From PVC group bacterium (GTDB lineage Bacteria; Verrucomicrobiota; Kiritimatiellia; CAIKKV01): a DNA stretch of 64,000 bases. The position numbers and the translations under genes are program-made. This document shows positions 9,150 through 19,549 of the stretch, in pieces. The stretch spans positions 31,703-95,702 of the forward strand of contig CAMDGM010000009.1 of the NCBI GenBank assembly GCA_945898015.1, in the 5' to 3' direction. The stretch's first letter is position 1; each line of letters opens with the position of its first letter. The notes beneath the pieces were generated by a model. That model ran no database searches. It had not been told where the DNA came from and saw nothing but the letters and a program-made list of their open reading frames with translations.

Positions 9150-10544
9150 ATGCAGTATATCAGCACCAGAGGGGGCGGCGACCCGCTTGGCTTTCAACAG
9201 GCCGTCATGACCGGGTTAGCGCGCGATGGCGGCTTGTTGTTGCCCGCCGTTATTCCCGACGTGCGTGACCGCCTCGACGCCTGGCGTTCGCTTTCCTACG
9301 TTGATCTGGCCGTTGAAATCATACGCCTGTTTGCCGATATTCCGGAAACCGACTTGCGCCGGATTATAAAGGAAAGCTACGCCTCCTTCCGTCATCCGGA
9401 GATCACGCCGGTTGTAAAGGTTGGCGAGGCGTATGTGCTGGAATTGTTTCATGGCCCCACGTTGGCCTTCAAGGATGTCGCCTTGCAATTCCTTGGCGGG
9501 GTGTTCGAGTATATTCTGGCCCGGCAAGGGGGCCAGTTGAACATTGTGGCGGCAACCAGCGGGGATACCGGGTCGGCCGCCATTTACGGCGTCCGCGGAC
9601 GGGATCGTATTCGCATCTTTGTGCTGTTTCCAAAAGGAAGGGTCAGCCCCACCCAGGAACAGCAGATGACCTCCGTGCTCGATGACAATGTCTTTTGCGT
9701 CTCGGTCGAAGGCACGTTCGACGATTGCCAGGGCATCGTGAAGGCCCTTTTTAACGACCTTGAATGGCGCGATTCCGCATCGCTGGGAGCGGTCAACTCC
9801 ATCAATTGGGCGCGCATTTTGGCGCAGATCGTCTATTATTTTTATGGTGCTTTTCGCGTTCAGGCCCTGACCGGCGCCCCCCGTGTTCGGTTCGCCGTGC
9901 CGACCGGCAATTTCGGCGACATCTTTGCCGGCTACATGGCTGCCCGCATGGGACTGCCCATCGGCAAACTGGTGCTTGCCGCCAACGATAATGATATCCT
10001 CTCCCGGTTCTTCAACACCGGCGTCTATGCCCAGGGGGCGGTACATGTCACGCCCAGTCCATCCATGGATATCCAGGTGGCCAGCAATTTCGAACGGTAC
10101 CTGTTTTATCGCGCCAATGGGGAGGCGTCCGTCGTCCGTGGCTGGATGGAGGATTTTAAGCGAACGGGCAAGCTGGAGGTTTCAGACTGGAACGTCCGTC
10201 CCGATCCCTTGTTTCTGGCAGGGTCTGCATCCACGGAAGAGACTCTGGCGTGTATCCGCCGCATCTGGCAGGACCACGCTTACCTGGTTGATCCGCACAC
10301 CGCAGTCGGCTTGGTCGTGTCGGCCCGGACGACGGGTTCCGAGGAACCCATGATTGCCCTTGCCACAGCACATCCGGCAAAATTCAACCAGGCTATCGTG
10401 GACGCGACAGGCGAAGATCAGGCGCATCACCCGATTCTTGATGCCTTGGCGGGGCTTCCGGTCCGTTGCGTCACGCTTCCGGCGTCCGAAGACGCCATTC
10501 GCCTTTTTGTTTCCGATCATATCGACAAACCAACCGCCGTGTGA
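9150..10544 (+). CDS. thrC: Threonine synthase
   Basis: YISTRG, LELFHGPTLAFKD (PLP Lys), ATSGDTGSAA, VPTGNFG. Confidence 0.96.
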   Translation: MQYISTRGGGDPLGFQQAVMTGLARDGGLLLPAVIPDVRDRLDAWRSLSYVDLAVEIIRLFADIPETDLRRIIKESYASFRHPEITPVVKVGEAYVLELFHGPTLAFKDVALQFLGGVFEYILARQGGQLNIVAATSGDTGSAAIYGVRGRDRIRIFVLFPKGRVSPTQEQQMTSVLDDNVFCVSVEGTFDDCQGIVKALFNDLEWRDSASLGAVNSINWARILAQIVYYFYGAFRVQALTGAPRVRFAVPTGNFGDIFAGYMAARMGLPIGKLVLAANDNDILSRFFNTGVYAQGAVHVTPSPSMDIQVASNFERYLFYRANGEASVVRGWMEDFKRTGKLEVSDWNVRPDPLFLAGSASTEETLACIRRIWQDHAYLVDPHTAVGLVVSARTTGSEEPMIALATAHPAKFNQAIVDATGEDQAHHPILDALAGLPVRCVTLPASEDAIRLFVSDHIDKPTAV

Positions 10545-10554
10545 GGATTCCGTC

Positions 10555-12213
10555 ATGGTACCGTCTCTGAAAAAAACGTTGTTTCCGGGCCCCAAGGGCC
10601 CTGTTGTTTTGGCCATTCTGGACGGCGTCGGGCTTTCCCCATACACGGACGGAAATGCCGTACATGCGGGAAATACGCCTAATCTCAATTGGCTTATGAA
10701 AAACGCCCTGTTTACGAGCCTGAAGGCGCATGGAACGGCGGTGGGGCTGCCGTCCGATGAGGACATGGGCAATAGCGAGGTGGGACACAATGCCATTGGC
10801 TGCGGACGAGTCTTTGACCAGGGAGCCAAACTGGTGACGGAAGCGCTTCGTTCGGGCGCCCTGTTCAGAGGCCAGGCGTGGAAAGAGATTACCGGGAATT
10901 GCCTCCAGAGCAGCTCGACGATTCATTTCATCGGCTTATTTTCGGATGGAAATGTGCACAGCCATCTCGACCATTTGAAAGCGATGCTGGAGCAGGCCAA
11001 GCGAGAAGGGGTGAAAAAGGCCCGCATCCACATCCTGCTTGACGGCCGTGATGTGGGAGAGACGAGCGCGCTCGAGTATGTGGATCCGTTTGAAGCCTTT
11101 CTCGCGCAGTTGAACGCGGATGGAACCGTTGACTTTCGCATCGCCTCGGGCGGCGGACGCATGGCCATCACGATGGACCGTTACAATGCCGACTGGTCCA
11201 TGGTTCAACGCGGCTGGGATACGCATGTGCGAGGCAAGGGGACGCCGTATGCCTCGGCCCGCGAGGCCATCCTGGCCATTCGCAAGGATCATCCCGGCGT
11301 CATCGACCAGGATCTTGCCCCATTCGTCATTGTGCGCGACGGGAAACCCGTGGGCCCAGTTGTGGACGGCGACAGTGTGGTCTTCTTCAATTTCCGCGGG
11401 GATCGCGCCATTGAAATCACACGGGCTTTTGATGACGACGTCTTGGACCGGTTCGACCGGACGCCCCGTCCCAGGGTCGTTTATGCGGGCATGATGCAGT
11501 ATGACGGCGATCTGAAATTGCCCAAGCGCTTTCTGGTCACCCCCCCTGCCATTGACCGGACAATGGGGGAGTTTCTGGCCCGTACGGGCGTGTCGCAATA
11601 CGCGATCAGTGAAACCCAGAAATTCGGCCATGTCACTTATTTTTTCAACGGGAATCGCTCGGGAAAATTCGACGATCACACGGAAACCTACGTTGAAATT
11701 CCGTCTGATATTGTCCCCTTTGAACAGCGCCCCTGGATGAAAGCCGCGGAAATTACAGACACGCTTCTGGATGCGATTCGGCAGAATCGTTGGCGGTTCA
11801 TGCGGGTCAATTTCCCGAACGGGGACATGGTGGGGCACACGGGCGTTTTCCCGGCTGTTCAGGTTGCCGTGGAGTCTGTGGATCTTTGCCTCGGACGACT
11901 GATTAAGGCGGTGGACGCCGCCAAGGGAATTCTCGTGGTATCGGCCGATCACGGGAATGCGGAAGATATGATCGAGCGGAACAAGAAGACCGGCAAGCTT
12001 ATCGTGGATCCCGATACCGGCATTTTGAAGGTTAAAACGGCACATTCACTCAATCCGGTGCCGTGTCTGGTGTACGACGCCGCCAAGAGCGGGCGGCTTT
12101 CTCTTGCCGACCACAGCGGGCTTGGCATTTCCAGCCTGGCCGCAACCTGCATCCGACTGCTCGGATACGAGCCGCCGGCGGATTACGATCCGTCGGTTAT
12201 CGATCTCGCGTGA
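10555..12213 (+). CDS. gpmI: 2,3-bisphosphoglycerate-independent phosphoglycerate mutase
   Basis: ILDGVG, DMGNSEVGHNAIG, NFRGDRA, SETQKFGHVTYFFNG, NGDMVGHTG, SADHGNAE; start at ATG 10555. Confidence 0.96.
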   Translation: MVPSLKKTLFPGPKGPVVLAILDGVGLSPYTDGNAVHAGNTPNLNWLMKNALFTSLKAHGTAVGLPSDEDMGNSEVGHNAIGCGRVFDQGAKLVTEALRSGALFRGQAWKEITGNCLQSSSTIHFIGLFSDGNVHSHLDHLKAMLEQAKREGVKKARIHILLDGRDVGETSALEYVDPFEAFLAQLNADGTVDFRIASGGGRMAITMDRYNADWSMVQRGWDTHVRGKGTPYASAREAILAIRKDHPGVIDQDLAPFVIVRDGKPVGPVVDGDSVVFFNFRGDRAIEITRAFDDDVLDRFDRTPRPRVVYAGMMQYDGDLKLPKRFLVTPPAIDRTMGEFLARTGVSQYAISETQKFGHVTYFFNGNRSGKFDDHTETYVEIPSDIVPFEQRPWMKAAEITDTLLDAIRQNRWRFMRVNFPNGDMVGHTGVFPAVQVAVESVDLCLGRLIKAVDAAKGILVVSADHGNAEDMIERNKKTGKLIVDPDTGILKVKTAHSLNPVPCLVYDAAKSGRLSLADHSGLGISSLAATCIRLLGYEPPADYDPSVIDLA

Positions 12214-12533
12214 GCCCGACCCGGCAATGCACCCGCTGTGGAAACTGCTGCCGGTGGTCCGGGTATGTCCGTCTGGCGGCAGGAGAAGCCGAGGCCATTT
12301 CGGCCTATTTGGGTCAGTCGATGGATTCTTTCATGGACCGGTTTACACGCTTGACCGATGATCGGCGCGGGATTAGTCTGATTGAGAAACCGGATGGTTC
12401 CTGCATCTTTCTGGAAAGCGTTTCCACGTGCCGGATTCAACCGGTAAAGCCCGCCCAGTGCGCGGGGTTCCCACATGTATGGAATTTTCCTGGTTTTGAA
12501 AAACAATGCCGCTCCAAGGTGAACCATGACTAG
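12210..12533 (+). CDS. YkgJ-family cysteine-cluster (CxxCxxCC) protein
   Basis: CTRCGNCC...CIFL...CRIQPVKPAQCAGFP; GTG start overlaps gpmI stop. Confidence 0.85.
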   Translation: MSPTRQCTRCGNCCRWSGYVRLAAGEAEAISAYLGQSMDSFMDRFTRLTDDRRGISLIEKPDGSCIFLESVSTCRIQPVKPAQCAGFPHVWNFPGFEKQCRSKVNHD

Positions 12534-14778
12534 TCGACCCGGCCATATTGAAAGCGCCGATGTGCTGCAACTACTGCAACAACCGGGTTATGCCCCCATG
12601 ACGGCATCGGAAATTGCGGCCGTTCTGAGCTTAAAGGCCAGGGGACGTAAGCAAATCACGGGGTTGCTCGACTCCATGGTACACGCAGGGCAAATCGTGA
12701 TCCTCCGTCATAACAAATATGGACTCGGCGATCCAGCCGATCTAATCACAGGGCGTCTTGAAATCCGCCGGTCTGGCGGAATTCTCAACACCCTTGACGG
12801 CACGCCGCTCATGTTTATCCCCAAGGGTTCGCAGGGAACCGCCCTGCCGGGCGACCTGGTCACGGCTCGTCGCGATTCGTCCCAACCGATAAGGCCCGGA
12901 AAGCTGGGGGAGGGGAAGATTGTCCGGATCGTGGAACGCGGACAACGGCTGGTGGTGGGTACGCTTCGGACCGCCGGCAAGTTTCTCTGCGTGGTGCCGA
13001 TCGACTCGTCTTACGAAAAGGATTTTTACGTCACCGACGCCAAGGGGGCCCATCCGGGTGATCGCGTGGTAATCCAGTTCACGGCGTGGGAAAACAGTCA
13101 TGTCAGTCCCGAAGCCGAGATCGTGGACGTGATTGGGCCTTCCGATAATCCGTCCCTGGATACGATTACCATTATCCGGCATTACGATCTGCCTCAGGAA
13201 TTTCCAGCTGCCGTGCTGAAGGAGGCCGAGGAAGCGGCGGTGCAAGGCGCTCGGCCCGGTAAACGGATGGACTTGAGGGGGGTCTATATTTTCACCATCG
13301 ATCCCGAACGCGCCCGCGATTTTGATGACGCCATTTCGCTTGAAATCGATCCTGCCGGCCGACGTGTGCTGGGGGTCCACATCGCCGATGTGGCGCACTA
13401 CATCCGGGAGGGATCCGCGCTGGACAAGGAAGCCCACAAGCGCGGCACCAGTGTCTATTTTCCCGATGGTGTTTTGCCCATGCTGCCCGAGCAGCTTTCC
13501 AATGGCGTCTGCAGCCTGCGGCCGGACGAGGACCGCCTGGCGTTTTCCGTGTTTCTAACGCTGGACGAAAAGAATACCGTTGTCGAGCGCTCCTTTGCCA
13601 AGAGCCTCATCCGGTCCCGCCTGCGCCTGACTTACGAGCAAGCGCTGGCCGTGCTGAACGGCACACAACCCGAACCCTTTCCGGCTGAGGCCCGCGACCG
13701 CATTCTGCGGGTGAACGAACTGGCCCAGCAACTCCGCAAGCAGCGATTTGCCCGGTATGCGCTGGACCTTGAAATGCCCGAATGTGAATTCGTAATTGGC
13801 CCCGACCAGCTTATTAAAGAGATTAAGATTACCGGCGCTGACCCCTCGCACCAGCTTATCGAGGAATGCATGGTGGCGGCTAACGAAGCGGTGGACTGGG
13901 AACTCAGCCGGCGCGGGCTGCATCTTCTGCATCGCGTCCACGAACCGCCGGCCGAAGAAAAAATCGCCGATCTGGCGGTCGAGCTGGAATCCATGGGCTA
14001 CAAGCCAGGGAATCTGAACATTCCCCGCAATTTGGCCCAGTTTCTAGCCACCATCAAGGATGATCCGCTGGGTCATCATATTCAAACCTCAGTCTTGCGC
14101 AGTATGAAACGGGCCATTTATTCGCCCAAAGCGGATGGTCATTACGGCCTCGCAAAAAAGTATTACGCCCATTTCACGTCGCCCATTCGCCGCTATCCCG
14201 ACCTGGTGGTTCACCGGATTCTGGCGGCCGTACTGGCGGGAGTCAAACCTCCTTATCAAAATGAACGGTTGCCCATGCTTGCGGAGCACTGTTCGCTGAC
14301 GGAGCGAAAGGCGGAAGAGGCCGAGCGCAGCCTTATGGAAATCAAAAAGTACCGCTATCTTGAGCAGCAGCTGACGCAGAAGCGACAGGACGAATACGAC
14401 GCCGTGATTGTCACGGTGACCAATTTCGGAATGTTTGTGGAGTTGCTGGACCTTCAACTTCAGGGACTCGTTCACGTATCGACCATCTCCCGGCAGTTTG
14501 TGTCTTTTGACAGCGCTCACAAGACGCTTCGCAGCGGGCCGGATTCCGTGTTCTCAATCGGCATGAAGGTCAAGGTTCGCGTTGTTAAAGTTGACTTCGA
14601 CAAGCGCCGAATTGACTTTCTGCTGGTCGGGGCCCCGGAGTCCCGTCCGCCTGTTAAAAGGACCGACCCGGGCCGCCCTCAACCGGCGAGACAAGCACCG
14701 TCGCGAACCGGTCATTCCGGGCGGCAGGGAGACCGCCGGGAAGGCAAGGAGCGCAAGCATCGGCGCGGACGGTCATAA
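12526..14778 (+). CDS. rnr: Ribonuclease R
   Basis: FTIDPERARDFDDAIS, HFTSPIRRYPDLVVHR, C-terminal S1 domain and basic tail. Confidence 0.96.
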   Translation: MTSRPGHIESADVLQLLQQPGYAPMTASEIAAVLSLKARGRKQITGLLDSMVHAGQIVILRHNKYGLGDPADLITGRLEIRRSGGILNTLDGTPLMFIPKGSQGTALPGDLVTARRDSSQPIRPGKLGEGKIVRIVERGQRLVVGTLRTAGKFLCVVPIDSSYEKDFYVTDAKGAHPGDRVVIQFTAWENSHVSPEAEIVDVIGPSDNPSLDTITIIRHYDLPQEFPAAVLKEAEEAAVQGARPGKRMDLRGVYIFTIDPERARDFDDAISLEIDPAGRRVLGVHIADVAHYIREGSALDKEAHKRGTSVYFPDGVLPMLPEQLSNGVCSLRPDEDRLAFSVFLTLDEKNTVVERSFAKSLIRSRLRLTYEQALAVLNGTQPEPFPAEARDRILRVNELAQQLRKQRFARYALDLEMPECEFVIGPDQLIKEIKITGADPSHQLIEECMVAANEAVDWELSRRGLHLLHRVHEPPAEEKIADLAVELESMGYKPGNLNIPRNLAQFLATIKDDPLGHHIQTSVLRSMKRAIYSPKADGHYGLAKKYYAHFTSPIRRYPDLVVHRILAAVLAGVKPPYQNERLPMLAEHCSLTERKAEEAERSLMEIKKYRYLEQQLTQKRQDEYDAVIVTVTNFGMFVELLDLQLQGLVHVSTISRQFVSFDSAHKTLRSGPDSVFSIGMKVKVRVVKVDFDKRRIDFLLVGAPESRPPVKRTDPGRPQPARQAPSRTGHSGRQGDRREGKERKHRRGRS

Positions 14779-14808
14779 GCCTGACGCCCGAACAACAAGG
14801 AATCGGCT

Positions 14809-15702
14809 GTGGTTATCGACATTCATGCCCATGTGTATGCGTGGCCCAAGAGGCAGAATAAGAACGCCAAAACCCCGTTCATGTCGATGCAGGAACAGGT
14901 CGCGACTATGGACGCCTTGGGCGTCGACAAGGCTGTCATTCTGCCGATCGTCAACGCCGAGTCTCCCGCCGAACCCCAGAGCATGGGGGAGGTTCTCTAT
15001 ATTTGTGACCAATATCCCGGTCGTTTCATTCCCTTTTATAATCTCGACCCCCGGCTTCCCCGGCGGCCCGATCTGATTACCGTGGAGGACTACCTTTACC
15101 TGCTTGAGCAAATCAAGGGATTCGGATTCAAGGGGATCGGCGAGATGACGCCCCGGATATATTGGGATGATCCTTCGCTTTTGAAGTTTTTTGCCGCTTG
15201 CGAAATAACCGGACTCCCGATCACGTTTCACACCATCACGCCCGAAGCGGACGAGTACGGCCTGATTGATGAGCTTGGCTTTCCGCGGTTCGAAAAGGTT
15301 TTAAAACGGTTTCCGGATCTTGTTTTTTTTGGCCACAGCATGTCTTTTTGGAGCGAAATCTCAGGCGATTTGACGCCCGAAACGAAAAACACGTATCCCA
15401 AGGGGCCGATTGTGCCCGGCGGGAAACTGATATCCCTGTTCCGTCAATATTCCAATCTGCATGGCGATCTTTCCGCAGGCAGTGGGTTTAACGCCATATC
15501 CCGGGATCCGGTTCAGGGCTATGCCTTTCTTGATGAGTTCCAAGACCGGCTCCTGCTGGGCCTGGATTTCTGTTCCTCGTTAAACAACATGCCTCACATT
15601 TCCTGGATGAAGAAAGGGCTTTACGAGGGGGCTATCAGCCAGATTGCTTATGACAAAATCATGTGGCAAAACGCCAATCGACTGCTTAAACTAGGCTTGT
15701 AA
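14809..15702 (+). CDS. Amidohydrolase-family (Amidohydro_2) metal-dependent hydrolase
   Basis: IDIHAH, GFKGIGE, PITFH, FFGHS, LLLGLD. Confidence 0.85.
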   Translation: MVIDIHAHVYAWPKRQNKNAKTPFMSMQEQVATMDALGVDKAVILPIVNAESPAEPQSMGEVLYICDQYPGRFIPFYNLDPRLPRRPDLITVEDYLYLLEQIKGFGFKGIGEMTPRIYWDDPSLLKFFAACEITGLPITFHTITPEADEYGLIDELGFPRFEKVLKRFPDLVFFGHSMSFWSEISGDLTPETKNTYPKGPIVPGGKLISLFRQYSNLHGDLSAGSGFNAISRDPVQGYAFLDEFQDRLLLGLDFCSSLNNMPHISWMKKGLYEGAISQIAYDKIMWQNANRLLKLGL

Positions 15703-15719
15703 CAGAAGAGAGAGGACCG

Positions 15720-16169
15720 GTGCGCATCATGAGCTTAATCCGAAAGGCTGGTTGTCTTGTGGCCATCATGCTGATGGCCGGATGCGCTTCTGTTCAAACT
15801 TTTGTCGAAACAATTGATCCGTCGTGGGATTCGGTTGGCGTGCGAACCGGTGTTCCTTATGATCAATCGTGGGACCGGTCCGTTGATTACCTCGTCAAAC
15901 GATTTGATCTGGAAGTCCTGTCAAGGGCTGACGGGTATATCCGGACAAGCTGGAATTACTCCTGGAACGGGAAGTTAGAGGATTCCTACCGGGTACGGGT
16001 GACCTTGAAGTTTACACCCGATCGGAAAACACTAGAGATTAAAACGGAAGCGGAGAAGGGCGGTCCCGGGCATTGGATTCTCGGCACTGACACACGATTG
16101 ACGGACGCCATGAGCACGGATCTGGCAGCGTTAATTGGAAATGATTCAAACACGGGTGAGGTGAAATGA
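15720..16169 (+). CDS. Predicted lipoprotein, unknown function (paralog 1)
   Basis: Lipobox MAGC; clearly similar to the next ORF. Confidence 0.75.
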   Translation: MRIMSLIRKAGCLVAIMLMAGCASVQTFVETIDPSWDSVGVRTGVPYDQSWDRSVDYLVKRFDLEVLSRADGYIRTSWNYSWNGKLEDSYRVRVTLKFTPDRKTLEIKTEAEKGGPGHWILGTDTRLTDAMSTDLAALIGNDSNTGEVK

Positions 16170-16600
16170 AAATCAGATTTTCCCTTATACTGGTTGTGCT
16201 AAGCATGCTCGTGTCCGGCTGTTCTTCACCTGACGCGCCCATGGCGTTTTCGAGGTTTAATGCGCCTGGCTGGTCTTTGCTTGAGATCCGAAACGACGTG
16301 GCGTACGACCGCTCCTGGAAGGTGGTAATCGGCATTATCGTTCGCACGTTCGACTTGGAATTCATTTCCAAAGAAGAGGGGTATATCCGGACAGCTTGGC
16401 TACATACGTGGACCGGCATCTACCTGCCAAATTATCGGGTCCGCGTAACGGTCCTGTTTTCAGAAGATCGCAAAACCCTTCAACTTAAACCGGAGGCGCA
16501 GTCCCTGGAAGAGGGGGCCTGGGTAGAGGGCGCGGACACACGGCTCTTGCCTAATCTGAAGGCTGAGCTGGTTGGCACCATCGGGCGTACATTACGGTAG
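16166..16600 (+). CDS. Predicted lipoprotein, unknown function (paralog 2)
   Basis: Lipobox VSGC; shares YDxSW, FDLE, GYIRTxW, YRVRVT, DTRL motifs with the upstream ORF; ATGA overlap. Confidence 0.75.
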   Translation: MKIRFSLILVVLSMLVSGCSSPDAPMAFSRFNAPGWSLLEIRNDVAYDRSWKVVIGIIVRTFDLEFISKEEGYIRTAWLHTWTGIYLPNYRVRVTVLFSEDRKTLQLKPEAQSLEEGAWVEGADTRLLPNLKAELVGTIGRTLR

Positions 16601-16685
16601 AGCCCCGGCCCGTCCTGCGTTCGCCCGCCGATCTTTTTCTTTGTGGTGGAACTGGTGTGTATTATCCCTTATATTATGACGGGTT

Positions 16686-17498
16686 ATGACAAAACTTCTC
16701 CAGTTTTTCCGCGAGCTATGGGAACACCGTGAATTAGTGGCCATTCTGGTCCAGCGGAACATCAAAATCAGGTATAAAGGGTCCGTGTTAGGATTCTTCT
16801 GGTCGTTGGCCAGTCCTGTTTTCTTCATCCTGATTTATGGCACGTTCCTCAAATTGATTGCGCGAGGGTTCGCGTTTGATCTACAGGTGCTGGTGACCGG
16901 CATCATTATCTGGCAGTTCATCAGCCTCTGTACGAACGATTCCCTGAGTGCGGTGGTGGGAAACGCTAATTTGATCAAAAAAACGGCGTTCCCGCGGATT
17001 ATTCTGCCCTTGGCCACCGTATTAGCGAATTTGGTCAACTTTCTCATGTCCGGGTTCGTCCTGATCGTCTATTTGCTCATGGTGCATGCGTCGGTCCAAT
17101 GGTCCGGCCTTATTTGGTTGCCGTTCATCATTTTGACCCAGGCCGCGCTCTGCTTTGGCCTGGCGGCACTGCTTTCCGCCGCAAATGTCTTTTTCCGGGA
17201 TGCCGAACACATTCTTGGCCATGCCGTCATGGCGTGGTTTTTCCTTACCCCCGTTCTCTATCCTCTGTCCCTGCCGCTTGAGCTGATCCGCGGCAAGCTT
17301 CCTGCGTTTGTAGAACCACTCTATTTCTGCAATCCCATGACGGGACTCATGCTGGCGTACCGCCGGATTCTCCTCGGCACGCCGGCGGACGTGAGCGCCT
17401 GGCTCCCGGCCTTGTCGTTCGCCGTATGCTGGGTGATTCTGTTTGCAGGAGTCGCCCTGTTCCAGAAAGTTCAACCCCGTTTTGGCGATGAATTGTAA
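16686..17498 (+). CDS. wzm: ABC-2 polysaccharide export permease
   Basis: IKIRYKGSVLGFFWSL, NANLIKKTAFPR, FFLTPVLYP, NPMT. Confidence 0.9.
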   Translation: MTKLLQFFRELWEHRELVAILVQRNIKIRYKGSVLGFFWSLASPVFFILIYGTFLKLIARGFAFDLQVLVTGIIIWQFISLCTNDSLSAVVGNANLIKKTAFPRIILPLATVLANLVNFLMSGFVLIVYLLMVHASVQWSGLIWLPFIILTQAALCFGLAALLSAANVFFRDAEHILGHAVMAWFFLTPVLYPLSLPLELIRGKLPAFVEPLYFCNPMTGLMLAYRRILLGTPADVSAWLPALSFAVCWVILFAGVALFQKVQPRFGDEL

Positions 17499-17501
17499 CG
17501 C

Positions 17502-18683
17502 ATGAAACAGGCTATTATCGAATGTCGAGATGTGAGCAAGAAGTTTCTCCTCCAGAGAAGCGGCTCGCGGACATTGAAGGCGGCCATGCTTGGCCTATTT
17601 CACCGAATGCCGCTTCGGGAGTTCTGGGCACTTCGTGATGTGTCGTTCTCCGTCGGGGAAGGGGAAACGCTCGGGATCATCGGCGCCAACGGGGCCGGGA
17701 AAAGCACGCTTCTTTCCATTCTGGCCGGCACGCTCACGCCCAGCGCGGGATCCATCCGCGCTCAGGGGAGGATTTCTTCGCTGCTGGAGCTTGGCGCCGG
17801 ATTTCATCCGGAATTGACCGGCCGGGAGAATGTTTTCTTGTGGGGCTCGATCATGGGCCTTTCGAGAGGCAAGATGCGAGACCGCTTCGATCGTATCGTG
17901 GATTTTGCGGAGTTGCGCGACTACATTGACCAGCCCGTCAAGCACTACTCCTCGGGGATGTATGTCCGCCTCGGGTTTGCCGTGGCCGTGGAAGTGGATC
18001 CGGACATCCTGCTCGTGGACGAGGTGCTGTCCGTTGGCGACCTGTCGTTCCAGAAAAAATGTCTCCAACGCATGGATGATTTCCGGAAACGCGGGAAAAC
18101 CATGTTGATTGTTTCGCACGACATGCAGACTATCCAAGCCATCAGCAGCCAAATTCTTTTCCTCAATGCGGGTCGGGTGCTGGGTCACGGCGCTCCTGAC
18201 GCCATGGTTGGGAAATACGAGTCACACCTCCAGATGGCACACGCGGGTGTGATGCGCCGGGAGTGGGGGACGCGTGAAGCCCTGATCACACAGGTTTCCT
18301 TTTGTGGCACGGATGGCCAGGCGAAAAACGAATTTTTATGGAATGAGCCCGTTCATGTGGCCATTCGCTACCAGGCGCCTCATCGCATAGAGCAGCCGGT
18401 ATTCGGTTTTTCCATCGCCGATCAATCCGGCCACCCTCTTTATGGAAACAATACCCAGAATGAGGCTGTCTCGATTCCATGCATCGAGGGGGAGGGGATC
18501 ATTCGACTCCGGTTTCCCCGATTGCCGTTTTCCAATGGAACCGTCCTGTTTTCAGTGTCACTCCACTCCGCCGACCACAAGACGCATTTTCATCATATCG
18601 ACAACGGGTATCCGCTTCAGATCTCGGCCCCGTTCGGATTCGTGGGTTCTTATCTCCCGATTCAATGGGAGGTTCCGTCATGA
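17502..18683 (+). CDS. wzt: Polysaccharide ABC transporter ATPase with Wzt C-terminal domain
   Basis: GANGAGKST, LELGAGFHPELTGRENV, YSSGMYVRLGFA, LLVDEVLSVGD. Confidence 0.92.
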   Translation: MKQAIIECRDVSKKFLLQRSGSRTLKAAMLGLFHRMPLREFWALRDVSFSVGEGETLGIIGANGAGKSTLLSILAGTLTPSAGSIRAQGRISSLLELGAGFHPELTGRENVFLWGSIMGLSRGKMRDRFDRIVDFAELRDYIDQPVKHYSSGMYVRLGFAVAVEVDPDILLVDEVLSVGDLSFQKKCLQRMDDFRKRGKTMLIVSHDMQTIQAISSQILFLNAGRVLGHGAPDAMVGKYESHLQMAHAGVMRREWGTREALITQVSFCGTDGQAKNEFLWNEPVHVAIRYQAPHRIEQPVFGFSIADQSGHPLYGNNTQNEAVSIPCIEGEGIIRLRFPRLPFSNGTVLFSVSLHSADHKTHFHHIDNGYPLQISAPFGFVGSYLPIQWEVPS

Positions 18684-19549
18684 CTGTCACGCTTCCCGAT
18701 CTTGCCGCCGATCCGACGGTGATGGCGACCCTTCGCCGGGCCCTGCGGGAGGATATCGGTTCTGGCGACGCCACAACCCGGGCATTGATTCCCCCCCGGC
18801 TACACGCCTTCGGGCAGATCTTGGCCCGCTCCTCCTGCACGGTGGCTGGAACTGGAGTCGCTCGTTCCGTTTTTCGGCAACTCGACCAAGCCATGTCGTG
18901 TGATATTCTAATTCCGGATGGCACCCAGGCTGGTCCTGGAGATGTGATTATGACGCTTCGCGGAAATGCGGGGAAAATGCTGACCGCGGAACGCGTGGCC
19001 CTCAATTTCATGCAACGGATGACCGGCATCGCCTCCCTGACGGCGCAATTCGTTGACCGAGTCAAGCCGTATCGGGTCAAGATTCTCGATACGCGCAAGA
19101 CCACGCCAACCCTCCGCGTTTTCGAAAAGTATGCCGTCCGCTGTGGCGGAGGAACGAATCACCGGATGGGGCTTTTTGACATGGGTCTGCTCAAAGATAA
19201 TCACCGGTTTCTCTGGCGACAGGCAGGCATTCTGGACCTTGCCGCCGCAGTCCGTCGAATCCGTGAAACACACCCGGGGTTACCGATTGAGGTGGAGGTG
19301 GAAAATCTCGCCGACATGAAGACCGTGTTGAAAGAAAAGCCCGAGTGGATCATGCTCGACAATATGACGCTGGATGACATGCGAGCATGCGTCCGGATTG
19401 GTGATGGACAAGCCAAGCTGGAAGCATCCGGAGGGGTTACGCTGGAACGCGTGGGTGCCATTGCCGCCACGGGAGTGGATGCCATTTCAATCGGGGCTTT
19501 AACCCATTCCGCTCCGGCCGCCGATCTCTCTCTGGAGCTTTCGGCATGA
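18680..19549 (+). CDS. nadC: Nicotinate-nucleotide diphosphorylase (carboxylating)
   Basis: ALREDIGSGDATT, LDTRKTTP, NHRMGL, MLDN, EASGG, SIGALTHS; ATG 18680 overlaps wzt stop. Confidence 0.96.
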   Translation: MTVTLPDLAADPTVMATLRRALREDIGSGDATTRALIPPRLHAFGQILARSSCTVAGTGVARSVFRQLDQAMSCDILIPDGTQAGPGDVIMTLRGNAGKMLTAERVALNFMQRMTGIASLTAQFVDRVKPYRVKILDTRKTTPTLRVFEKYAVRCGGGTNHRMGLFDMGLLKDNHRFLWRQAGILDLAAAVRRIRETHPGLPIEVEVENLADMKTVLKEKPEWIMLDNMTLDDMRACVRIGDGQAKLEASGGVTLERVGAIAATGVDAISIGALTHSAPAADLSLELSA

